Source of the DNA: Eledone cirrhosa
Lineage: Eukaryota
Length of the DNA stretch: 64,000 nt
Direction of reading: 5' to 3'
NCBI GenBank assembly: GCA_964016885.1
Contig: OZ024746.1
Span: forward strand, 67,518,001-67,582,000
In this document: one piece after another, positions 42,154-54,182 of the stretch
Layout of the letters: every line of letters begins with the position of its first letter
Position numbering within the stretch: position 1 is the first letter of the stretch
Position numbers and translations under genes: made by a program
Notes under the pieces: model-generated
Databases searched by the model: none
What the model saw: the letters and a program-made list of their open reading frames with translations, nothing else
Told to the model about the DNA's origin: nothing

Positions 42154-42215
42154 CGTTTCTGAATGGCGTAGGAGCGAACAAAGGAGAGGCACAAAAACAA
42201 AGAAAAGAATCCCCA

Positions 42216-42258
42216 GTCACTGAAGAGGTCACAGAATGTGTGACGAAAGAACTTTGAC
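42216..42258 (+). ncRNA. Minimal hammerhead ribozyme (family D, in element 42152-42410)
   Basis: gtca-CTGAAGA-gGTCACAgaatgTGTGAC-GAAA-gaac-TT-tgac. 4 bp stem I, 6 bp stem II, 2 bp stem III, CUU site. Confidence 0.8.
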
Positions 42259-42408
42259 AATATATAAACAACTATCTGGTTGTGGAACCAACCAACCAAC
42301 CAGAAATTTATAAATTCCTAAATTTATAAATTTATTATAATAAATTGAAGTGAAAGCAACTGGTGCGTGTGTTTCTTATTGGCAACATGACCCTGCCAAA
42401 GTATAACA

Positions 42409-42469
<61 letters not shown>

Positions 42470-42723
42470 AATATAGTTGGTCTTCCATTGTTCGACAATG
42501 TGTGTTTCAGTTGTTTTGATCAACACCTGTACACTGTATATAATTCTGACACTTCGAATTACAAATAATAATCAATTTTGTCAGCGGAATGGATTGGTGC
42601 AACGTGAAATAAAGTATCTTCCTCGTGAACTAATCAAGTCCGCGAGAGAGAGAAGGGAACAGACGAACTTACGATCCTGTGCTGAACACCGAAAACATTG
42701 TGCCTCGCACCTTAACCCCTATT

Positions 42724-42862
<139 letters not shown>

Positions 42863-42929
42863 TATAGAAATATATATATATGCATATTTACATATATATA
42901 TGCACACACATATACACTTCCTTTTTCTT

Positions 42930-43251
42930 TGACCACTTATTCCTGAGAGGGTTGGAGGGGGGTGCAGAGTCCTAGAACACTCCAATTGATCCGGCTGGAT
43001 TCCCAAGCGAGATCAGCCAAGCTCATGGATGTTATCTAACCATCTTGCCCGGGGTCTACCCTTGGGTTTCCTGCCGGTTGGTTTTTCCAATAAAATATGT
43101 CCATCGATTCTTTCCTGGGACATTTTAACCACATGCCAATAGTATTTGAGCTGTCATCTCTCAATTCGGAGAAGTAGCGTCTCTACCTGAAGTGATTCTC
43201 TGATCTGATCTCCAAGTTACTCCAACGTTACTCCAAAGACCCTTCGGAGGA

Positions 43252-43253
<2 letters not shown>
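42930..43253 (-). mobile_element. RTE-clade LINE 3' end (degenerate ORF2 C-terminus)
   Basis: The minus strand reads FLRRVFGVTL..QIRESLQVETLLLRIER*QLKYYWHVVKMSQERIDGHILLEKPTGRKPKGRPRARWLD, the typical RTE 'L.W.GHV.RM...GRP..RW.D' tail. Confidence 0.85.
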
Positions 43254-43283
<30 letters not shown>

Positions 43284-43367
43284 GTAGATCCCGGGTTAAA
43301 TCGGGGATAACCACAGTAAGTAAGGTACTCAATACATAGCAGAGTAAAAGTAATTAAATATAGAAAT

Positions 43368-43418
43368 GGCTTCTACAGGACTAGAACTGTTTCATTCGGA
43401 GGAAATCATCAGAAAGCC
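43368..43418 (-). ncRNA. Hammerhead ribozyme (family G, left arm)
   Basis: Reverse complement of 43554-43604. Confidence 0.8.
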
Positions 43419-43553
43419 GACTGTCAATGTAATTTTCTGGTATTTATACATTTGTATAAATATATATATATATACATATAATGCATAATATATACATATA
43501 ATGCATAACATTTACATATAATGTATAAATACCAGAAAATTTCATTGACAGTC

Positions 43554-43604
43554 GGCTTTCTGATGATTTCCTCCGAATGAAACAGTTCTAGTCCTGTAGA
43601 AGCC
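43554..43604 (+). ncRNA. Hammerhead ribozyme (family G, right arm)
   Basis: ggcttt-CTGATGA-tttcctccgaat-GAAA-cagttctagtcctg-TA-gaagcc. 6 bp stem I, 3 bp stem II, 4 bp stem III with 8 nt loop, GUA site at 43598. Confidence 0.82.
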
Positions 43605-45194
43605 ATTTCTATATTAAATATATATATATATATGGTGAAGTAGTATCTTGTCTTTAAAAGGTAGAAATATCCTAGACCCCAGTAGACAACTGCTGAGGAA
43701 CGCCCCACCCTCCTGCTTTTGCTTTCTTCGTATTCCCACTGCATTTTAAGTTACCTTAGATAGCAACTACACAGCCATTTCTATTCTCTATATATTTCAT
43801 CATATATATATATATTATTCAAAAACACATCGGATGTCTTCTGTTCATCATTATAGTTTCGAATGCTTTAAAGACAGGTCTTATCACAGTGTATTAATAA
43901 CTATTCTCGGATAGCTATTCGGGAAGAAACATAACGGGCGTGGGACGAAAAAAAAAAAAAAAGAAATATGGACATGCCGATATGGGACTGGAAAGGTTAC
44001 AATCGAAAGCAGCATACATAAGTGTGGTTATTAACTTTAGGGAATGGAAATAATTAATACAAGTTGGTAGGACATAAGTCTTGGAACAGTATTAACAAGC
44101 AAGAGAGGGTGCCAGATCGACTAATCTGGTAACGATCCTAAAGTGTCTTGTGAGCTGCTAATCCTAGTTCAGAAACCACGCCGACATGTGGAGTGTATGT
44201 GAGTCAGTGCAGTGGCCATGGACAAGGTTCGTGATGTGCGCGCGTAGCATTTCCTCTAAGATTCTGAAATTCGTTTAGGTGCTGCTGCACATGCGCACTC
44301 AAAGATTTTGCTTCACCAAGTAGTGCGATCCAGAGCAAATGATTTTCATTGAACTTTTGGGGGGACACTTTTATACTGTAATTTAAACGTGTTTTTCTAT
44401 TCACTGCCTGATTGCTTGCTCTCATTCAGATCTTCAATCTGATCTGGGCTTTCTGTGTGAGGGTGTGTACACTGTGTGAGGGTGTGTACACCTACGAATA
44501 TAGCAACTTGTCCTTTCATTATGTAGAGGCAAATCAAATGTGTGCGTTTGTCTGTGTTTGTGTACATGTGTCTGCGTTTCGGTGTTTATTTACCCTGTCA
44601 GCCATTATTGAACTCAAGTCATTTTAGCTTCACAATATACTGCATTTGTTGACATCTTGACTTGTGGGTATACTTCTAACAGTTCTGAATAAATGAATCA
44701 AAAGTTCTCATTATATCTCAGAAAGTTAGAAGAATTGTCCCTATTGCTGTACTGCAGAAGTCAACCGCATTGTTTCATATTGTCGGACGTTGATAAAGTA
44801 CCAGTTAGGGGAAATGGATTACTGCCCTTGTTAGAGCATCAGAGGAAATTCCGTACAGTATGTGGTATTCCGACCCATTAGCTTCTTAAATCAAGAACTA
44901 CAGGCATTATTCACAAACGAGTATAACTTGGTAGTACGTACCACATTTTCTCTCATAGCTTTGAGTAACCATGCAGTCGGGAGCAGACCCACATCCCCAT
45001 GTGACCCTCGCTCACTAGATTCAGGGTTCTTGCAAGGATGTGAAAGCTGGAAGGAGAAGACCCCAAGGGCTGAGCAGCTACTTTCTTTAATGACCTTGTC
45101 AGGGTCATTAAAGAAAGTAAAGATGGCACAGTGAGATTTCAACAAACCACGCAGAAAACCAGAACAAATAACCAACGCTCTGCCAAATCGACCG

Positions 45195-45229
<35 letters not shown>

Positions 45230-45233
<4 letters not shown>

Positions 45234-45771
45234 AAAGTTTTATTTAAAATTGTTGGGTTACAACAAGTAAATATTTTATAACTGATATAAAGCACTCGAC
45301 AAGTTTTTGGAGTAGATATACGATATTAAACAAATGGAAACTATATTTATAAAACCATATTTATTTCATTATACATATTTCGGGGATACCATACTCTTGA
45401 ATATCTCTATTTGTATGGTGAATTATTATTATTTATCTGTTGCTTTCGGTTGTCTCTTTTTTCACCTCCTCCTTCTTTCTCTCTCCACTCTCTCGCTCTG
45501 TTTTTCTTTACCTCCATTTCTTCTTTTTCTCCGTCTTTTTTCTAACTGTGCTAAACACTATAACTAAATAATTATAAACACTTCACTACCAAGGCAGCCT
45601 CCTAGTTTAATGGTCGCTGATATTATGGTACGTCACAATTATTTATAAAACTGTTTATATATTGTATTTTATCTGACGAAGGCATGCCATATTTTTAATA
45701 TGGTATCCTCGAAATATGTATAATGAAATAAATATGGTTTTATAAATATAGTTTCCATTTGTTTAATATCG

Positions 45772-45775
<4 letters not shown>
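45230..45775. mobile_element. PLE-derived inverted structure (family E) with hammerhead at 45665-45730 (+)
   Basis: Arms ~45317-45393 and ~45698-45775. Motif tattttat-CTGACGA-aggcatgccatatttttaatatggtatcctc-GAAA-tatgta-TA-atgaaata. The CT-rich spacer resembles a pLTR body. Confidence 0.85.
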
Positions 45776-45803
<28 letters not shown>

Positions 45804-46242
45804 CGTGTGTGTGTATGCGTGTGCGTGTGTGTGTATGCGTGTACTTTTGTGTGTATGCGTGTGAAAAAGAGGGTGTGTATGTGTGCATATGTGAGCGTCT
45901 GTGTCCACCTTTTTTGTCACCAGGAGGTACTTTAACCCATGTTCTCAACTATTATATATAGTGATCGACTATGTATATAGGTTGGGACGACTACATTTCA
46001 AATTTCAAATTTTCCTAAAATTTCTCACGTCAGCCGGATGTTGTATATATGTATGTATACACACACACAAACACATACATACACACACACATACATACAC
46101 ACATACATACACACACACACACACATATATATATGTATATATTTATATTTATATTTATATATATATATATGTATATAGGTATGTATGTACGTATATACAT
46201 AAACATTAACCCACGTATTATATTTATATATATTCACGTGTG

Positions 46243-46310
<68 letters not shown>

Positions 46311-46315
<5 letters not shown>

Positions 46316-46504
46316 AAAGGAAAAGAATGACTTCACTTGTAGTTCTATACAATTTGATTTAATTTTATAATAGTATGATTTGGTAGATCTACCAAATCAT
46401 AATATTATAAAATTAAATTAAATTGTTTAGCACTACAAGTGAAGTCATTCTTTTCCTTTTTTCAAATAAACCTAACCGTACCAAGGATTTCACACATTTT
46501 CCAA
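46311..46504 (+). mobile_element. Fold-back element: 154 bp palindrome (axis 46387/46388) plus 40 bp tail, in (TA)n; no ribozyme retained
   Basis: tgaaaaaaggaaaagaatgacttcacttgtag...ctacaagtgaagtcattcttttccttttttca. Confidence 0.85.
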
Positions 46505-46565
46505 TATATATATTGTTATAAAAATGTTTAAGCTTGTTGAATCCCAACAAATTAAATATAACCTC

Positions 46566-46612
<47 letters not shown>

Positions 46613-47374
46613 GCCCGTGAACTGCGCCGCTCTGCCCCGCGCCCGTTCGTCCGTCTATCAGCTTTAGTTTGTCTATAGTTCCGCCTTTTATAAAGCTACC
46701 AACTCAAATTCCCTCCCTCTTATCGTCTGCAACATTTACTTAATATAATCTCATATTTCTTACAGGCTGTCTGTCCATTATGCCCCCCTATCACCCGCAT
46801 GTACTTCCATCTATCTGTCTCACCATATTAGTCTATCTCTCTCTATCTCTCACTCCATTCCTCTCTATTTCTATCTCTTCTTTTTGTCACTCCCTTTTCA
46901 TATCTTTCTCTCAATATCTATCGATCTCACCATATCTCTCCAACCATATCTCTCTCCCTCTCTCTCTCTCTCTTTCTCTCTATATATACCCCCCCCTCTC
47001 TCTCTCTCTCTCTATCTCCCCCTCTCTCTCTCCCCACCACCCCTCTATCTCTCTCCTTCTGTCTCTCTTCACTCTTTCCTTTATAACTTCTCGTCCTTCG
47101 ATATCTCTCTTTCACTCTCTGCTTCCATTTTCTTTGCACTGGTTGTGTAAACCATCGAAGTACAATAAAGTAAAACGATACACCACACAGGTGAACAAAT
47201 CGTGCCTAACTCTCACAACCATTCCACAGTACACTGCTAGACGGTATTTCTCACTGACAGTTATCCCTTGCTGTATAATACCGCGTCATCTATTACATAT
47301 CTCACTCTATCTCATTCTTCTCTCTTTCCTTCACTCTCTGTATTTCTTGATGCATCGATCTCAATTTCATTTAA

Positions 47375-47454
<80 letters not shown>

Positions 47455-47564
47455 TCCAGTTCCTCAGAGAAATAGCAACCCAACCAGGAACTGGGCATAT
47501 CGGAGTATTGACGGAGTTAAACACTTCAACATCATGTGTACCTGTCTCTACCACACCAATTCGG

Positions 47565-47619
47565 ACTGCCTGAAGAGGTCACAGCCAAGGATGGCTGTCA
47601 CCGAAATATTTATAGCAGT
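47565..47619 (+). ncRNA. Minimal hammerhead ribozyme (family H) in TA-flanked element 47452-47672
   Basis: actgc-CTGAAGA-ggtcacagccaaggatggctgtcacc-GAAA-tattta-TA-gcagt. Perfect 5 bp stem I, ~10 bp stem II, AUA site. Confidence 0.88.
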
Positions 47620-47670
47620 ACACCTTTAATAAACGAAGCCAAATTTTAAATATTTGACTTAATTACTTTT

Positions 47671-47738
<68 letters not shown>

Positions 47739-47756
47739 GTGTGTGTGTGTGTGTGT

Positions 47757-47854
47757 ATATATGCATATGTATATATATATTAATTTTACTGATCCTTAGA
47801 GTGGGGCGTTGTCGGGGCACCGTTGTCAAGGGATTTAGTCAATCATATCATACG

Positions 47855-47927
<73 letters not shown>

Positions 47928-48015
47928 TATGTATATATTAATTTTACTGTTCCTTAAATTGGGTGTTGCTCGGGCACCGCTGTCAAGGGATTTAGTCAAT
48001 TATGTCATACGTTCA
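47757..48015 (+). repeat. Two diverged tandem copies of an ~100 bp unit separated by (TA)n
   Basis: taattttactg.tcctta...gggcaccg(t/c)tgtcaagggatttagtcaat..tcatacgttc occurs twice. Confidence 0.85.
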
Positions 48016-48793
48016 GGCCTGGTACTTATTTTATCAAGCTCCTTTTTTCGAGCCGCTTGGTTATGTAACATAAACAAACATAACCCCGCCACAACCACCA
48101 AAATACACCCACACATATGCATAGATACAGTGGAAGCTGCTTATTATAATCTCATGGATATGTTACTACCCCTTTATTGTTATCAAAATTACGGAAACAA
48201 TCACAATATCCAGCTTCTATTGTATATCACCGGGCTTTTGTTATCTTAGGATGATAAAACTCTATAAGAAACCTATGAGTCAGAGGCAAAAGAAAACTTG
48301 CTAATTATTTGAATACTTAATGTGGTCTACCTCGTTTCCGAAGAAGTCGGTATGATAGAACCTATACATTATGTCTGATAGTATACAGTTCTCTAACTGC
48401 TATAGATCAGTCAATATATCAATATGAACAACCCTCTGAAACGATCGTAAAACTATGAAATAATATGTAAAATAACTTGCCTTCGTTATTATTATCATTG
48501 TTAAACTAATATCTAATATAATTATTTGAATATGAATATTTGTTGTACTACGTACCAGAAGATTACTGGTATCCTAGTAACTGATTGTTGGCAACTCTTT
48601 TAAACCGGATATAATTCTGAGCAGAATCATAATTCTTTAGAAATTTTCAATGTCTCTTGTATTGCATAAGAAGAGTATGTCCGCAATAAAATGGTTTATC
48701 AATTTGACATTATATAATTTTAACCTTCTATAGATAACCTCCTTCATGGTGTTTTATGAGATCCGACGATGCGACTTGATTTTGCGATATCAA

Positions 48794-49085
<292 letters not shown>

Positions 49086-51406
49086 TATATATATATATAT
49101 TGGTAAACGGAATAGAAAAGGCTGACAATTTGTTCACAGTGAAAAATAGTTTAATTAGGAATAAGTGAGAAATACTAATAGTATTGGTTAGTATTCAGTT
49201 TTGGTTTTTACCGGTTGCGCATTTCTAATGCTTTTCAAAAATAATTTTGAGATAGAGCGTCCGTGATGTTTGCTCTTATCTGATTAGTTTTGGGAATTCT
49301 ACCTGTTTTTATGTTAAAAAAGTGGCTTATATATATATATATATATTTATTAAAATAACAGATTAAAGAATTCTTATCGAGCTCTTTTTGGGTTTTAGTC
49401 TTCAAATGTATTATTATTACTATATATATATATATTGAAATTTTCCTGACTGTCTATACTGAGATCATAGCCTTATAATCATGCATGTCATCTATCATGA
49501 GCAAGATAGAGAATTCCTGAAAAATACTCTGTGAAATATGCTTAAGAAGTAGAGTTGACGTATGTAATTTTCTGTGCGTTCATTTTAATTTAGAAAAGGT
49601 TAAGATCTACCTTTCCAAAAACTTAATGAAGTTATGGTTTATATAAATGCGAATTCGAATCACCCCTCGCAAAATTCTAAGAGCTCTAGTCTCTAATATT
49701 AAGAAATGTATGCTCACATCAACTTCACATAAAGCCACATTCACTGCAAATCAAACGTATTATACCATAAAATATTTATGGTGTATTGTTACGAAGATTC
49801 TTTCTTTTCATAATGATTTCTCATTTACAGACAAAGCCAGCAATTTGGAGAAGGGGAAAGTCGACCCAGGTGCTTGGTCGATGACATAAAGTGCCAATCA
49901 AGCACTGGGATCGATGTAATCAACTTTCCTCTTCTCCAAATTGTTGGCCTTGGACAAGAAATCGTTAATATACTGAGGTTGTTCGTAATGATGGCTTTAA
50001 GAATAAAATACAATTTACAACTTATCCTAATCTCATAAAACGTAACAACAAATACATATTTTATAGTATAATCCGTTTTATATGCAGTACAACGTTACTT
50101 TTCCAACATATGAAACTTAACAAATTCACAAGCATTTGCAACTACGATATTACTAATGACTGCCCATTGAAATCAATGAGCCTTAGATATCTTTTTTTTT
50201 TCCTCCTCATCATATCCAGGTCAGGCGTGCATCTGACTCCCTCAACAGTATATTATTTATTTTATTTGTTAACCTCTAACAACAATATCGGATCAATTGT
50301 GTTATACATTTGTTGCTCTTCTAAGTCTCAGATACCAGCAATAGTTTTTTTATTTACTGCCTTAGTCTATTATCTCATCATGTCGTATAGATAAGCAGAA
50401 TCCGGAGGATATGCTCCCAATTTGAAATTATGATATTGTCTGGCTTTTATACAGAACGTACTGAGTAAGCATGTCTTATTCCTGGATTGCATGACCTTCA
50501 CGTTTGATCCTCTATTCCAGGCTTTTAGGGTAATTTATTACCTATAGTCAGTGCTTTGGGTTTCAAATATTCATCTACAATTTTCTTTGTGGACTGAGCA
50601 CTTTTTTAATCTTATTCCTGTGTTAATTGGGATACTCGAACGTTCCTCGGGGACTTGGAGAGAGAGAAAGATCAGTGTCAACATTTATTTCATGATTCTT
50701 TTCAACTTCTTTAACTTTCCTAATAAAGATTTTAATGTATGTAGAATTCGACGATGCATATCACAAAGGCGACAACTCAATAAACCTTCCACACTTTTTG
50801 CATAATTGTTCAGTCTCTGTTACACACTTTTGTCACACTCGCTATTTTAAATCCAGCGAGCTTTGATCAGCCATTCGGAAAATATAAGTCACGACGCTAT
50901 TGTTCACAGAATGCGTTGTAAAATAAAATAATAAAAGGTGTTTTTTGAAGTGTTCAGTACACATAATCCGATATACAATAGAGAACAGCCGGCGAAGTGG
51001 TTGTGGTTTAGATAGTGAACGTTGTGATCATTCACCCATCTGTTACTGAGAAGAAACGGTGACTTTTGACAGAAAAAAATGTGACTAGCAAAAATATATC
51101 ACTGAGAATATCAATTCGAAAAAATTCGAAACACAACCATCGACCATTTATTTTGTATGTGTTTTGTACTTATAATGCGAATCTTTAAATCTATTTAGTC
51201 CTAGGATTGATGCTTTACATTGAAACTCATTGTTTGATGTTTTTGTGTGTGGCATTATGGCCATGTTTTCTTACATCGACACACAACAAGAGGGAGTCAT
51301 ATATTCGATTACAATCACCGTAGAACCTTCTTTAAAATTGTGAAATCGATCGTCTTATCTTAGTATAAGAAAATATTTCATGTTCAAAGGAGTAAATACT
51401 TACTGA

Positions 51407-51469
<63 letters not shown>

Positions 51470-52689
51470 ATATATATGTTTCAGTAAGTATTTACTCCTT
51501 TGAACATATATATATATATATATATATACCATATGTGTGTGTATGTTGATGATATCATGTGTATTTTAGAAACTAATCTCCCTCAACAATATAAAGGGGC
51601 AATTGCCGCACATACCAAGGAAAGAGCAATACACTACACCTTACAAACATATAAACACAACCAAATCTTTCAAAATTTCTCAAACCACGTGCTGCCTTCA
51701 ACAGTTCAGTTAACTGGATTGATGATGCTTTTCCAATCATACTGAAAACAAGACTTATCTGCTAATTAACAAAATCATTCTCTATTATGATTCCACTATA
51801 AACTCACATATTTATTGTTTTTCTCCGTTCTACTTCTTCATCTACTACAACACTCTGCGCCACACCTCTTTCTTCTCGCCACCATTTTTTTCTTACTTAA
51901 TATTTCCGTCAACCAATCCACCTTACAACTTTCCTTTGCACACGTTTCTTCAAACATACGTCAACGAGACAAATGTTCAAACTGATAAATTTAAACATTT
52001 GTCACGTTGATGTTTATTTTGCCAATCTGTACTGCTAATATTTAATTATTCATTCTGTCGGATTAAGGAAAAAATAATCTTTAAATATACTTCCGTGCAT
52101 TTTCACCTTCACTCTTTAACCATAACTTTTGTTTTGTTTTTATGGAATAGTACCCCTTTTTTCAACTATTATATATATATATATAATATATAGTAATATA
52201 TATATATAGTAATAATAAATGTGAAGACTAAAATCATTAGAGGGCTCGATAAGGATAATATATATATAAAAATATATAACACCATAGAGCAAGTATTTAT
52301 TAAAATAACAGATTAGAGTTTAAGCAAAGAATCACTGCTTTCCCCCTTGACGGGATAATCTAGTGAAAGCAAAGGGTGAAAGCAGCGATTCTTTGCTTAA
52401 ACTGTTATTTTAATAAATATATATATCTATATAAAACAAAGAAAATGTGGTAAGAAATCAGGTGGACTATAACGCACCAGAGTACTCGATATTTAGGGTA
52501 GTAGAGTGGGTAATAGGAAAATAGAAAGAGTCAAAACCTCGACGGCGGAGCTCCGGCCATTTCGACAGCTAGATCCGAACTCGCTGTTCGGATCTAGCTG
52601 TCGAAAGTTCAAGAATATTATATATATATATATATATTTATATATTAATTCAAAATATTAACAAAATAGATATTCTTGTGATCAATTAT

Positions 52690-52754
52690 ATTTTATTATA
52701 CATATTTCAGAGGTACTGAATTAAGTTCAACAGTACGTCCTCATCAGATAAAAT
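52690..52754 (-). ncRNA. Minimal hammerhead ribozyme (family I, left arm)
   Basis: Reverse complement of 52858-52922. Confidence 0.82.
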
Positions 52755-52857
52755 GATACATGATATACCATGGTAGATGGTTAAGATTTAATCAAGGTAG
52801 TCTACCTTGATTAAATCTTAACCATCTACCATGTCAGCGTATGTCATGTATCATTTT

Positions 52858-52922
52858 ATTTTATCTGATGAGGACGTACTGTTGAACTTAATTCAGTACC
52901 TCTGAAATATGTATAATAAAAT
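52858..52922 (+). ncRNA. Minimal hammerhead ribozyme (family I, right arm)
   Basis: attttat-CTGATGA-ggacgtactgttgaacttaattcagtacctct-GAAA-tatgta-TA-ataaaat; perfect 7 bp stem I. Confidence 0.85.
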
Positions 52923-53178
52923 ATAATTGATCACACGAATATCTATTTTGTTAATATTTTGAATTAATATTAATAACTCTGGAAAATATTTCCCCTAGAG
53001 TGCTTCCAATCTATTGTAAAACTCATTCTTTGATGTATTCATTGAATCTTGTTTAACTCTTAAATATATATATATATAAGCAGAAGGGATATTCAATTTG
53101 TTGGTAATTCAACAAATATAAATGTTTATAACTGATTCAGAGCACTCAACAGTTTTTCTAGAGTATAATATACAATGA

Positions 53179-53476
53179 TCTATTTATATAAAACTGAGGA
53201 TGTCTGTGTGTGTGTGTGAGTTTGAATCCCTAAAACTCGAGAACCACCCAACCGACTGTTTTTAAACTTTACACATGTAATACTTATGTTTCAGGTAGTG
53301 TTCTGATCAAAAGAAATTTCAAATGTTCAATGCCCTAGGGACCGCATTAGGCGATTTAGCGATCTCTCTCTATAATTCTTAGTCTTTAACTTTTTAGATA
53401 GATACATACATATAACGTCGACCCCCTTATATCTGTCTGTATGTCTGCTGTCTGCAATACGTCACTTCCCTGAGGA

Positions 53477-53522
<46 letters not shown>

Positions 53523-54082
53523 TGTACAGTTTGAATGCCTAAAACTCGAGAAGTACCCAACCGATTTTTTCAAACTTTACATGTGTATTACTTATGTTTC
53601 AGGGAGTGTTATGCATATAAAAAAATAAACTTTTCGATACCCTAGGGCCCGCATTAGGTAAAAAAAACTGCGTTTTTTTCAGGTTTTTAGGAGTTTTTTT
53701 GAGGCGTTACGTCAGACAGATTTCCTTGAAATTGTAACTATGTATTAGCCAGTCTCTTCTTCATAACGTGAGAAAGAAAATCCAACTTTTTTATGGCCTA
53801 GGGCTAGCATTAGGTGAAAAACTTCATTTTGTTCAGCTTTTTAGGGCTTTTTGGAGGCGTTACGTCTAGCCGATTTTCCGCATATATTATGCACATAAAA
53901 AAATTCATTTTCTTGATCCCCTAGGTGAAAACCTGCATTTTTCCTGCTTCATCGAGGAAAATCCAGCCATCAGAGTAATCGGTTTATTTTGTCCATGCAT
54001 GCAGTTTTTTCCACGATTAGGTCTGTTGGCGGCCCGTGTTCCAAAATACCTTATCCCGTGCAACGCCGGGTTCCACTGCTAG
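53179..54082 (+). mobile_element. Non-autonomous Helitron
   Basis: 5' TC start, subterminal (TG)n, 3' GC-rich hairpin cccgtgcaacgccggg ~8 nt before a CTAG end, inserted between A and T with no TSD. Removing it restores the family E sequence (..tga|tattaaataaatggaaac..). Internal duplication of the first ~170 bp. Confidence 0.88.
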
Positions 54083-54120
54083 TATTAAATAAATGGAAAC
54101 TATATTTATAAAACCATATT

Positions 54121-54182
54121 TATTCTATTATATACATTTCAAGGGTACCAAAAATGTTGGTACGCTATCATCAGATAAAATA
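54121..54182 (-). ncRNA. Minimal hammerhead ribozyme (family E, diverged copy)
   Basis: Minus strand tattttat-CTGATGA-tagcgtaccaacatttttggtaccctt-GAAA-tgtata-TA-atagaata. Confidence 0.78.

Larger units (their letters stand above)
43283..43620 (-). mobile_element. Fold-back PLE-derived element (family G): ~100 bp arms around a TA-rich spacer, plus tail; fragment also at 39903-39950
   Basis: 43357-43452 is the reverse complement of ~43520-43616. Confidence 0.88.
52642..53064 (+). mobile_element. Fold-back PLE-derived element (family I): ~330 bp palindrome (axis 52801) plus tail
   Basis: Arms 52642-52800 and 52802-52970 with small indels; flanked by (TA)n. Confidence 0.9.
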
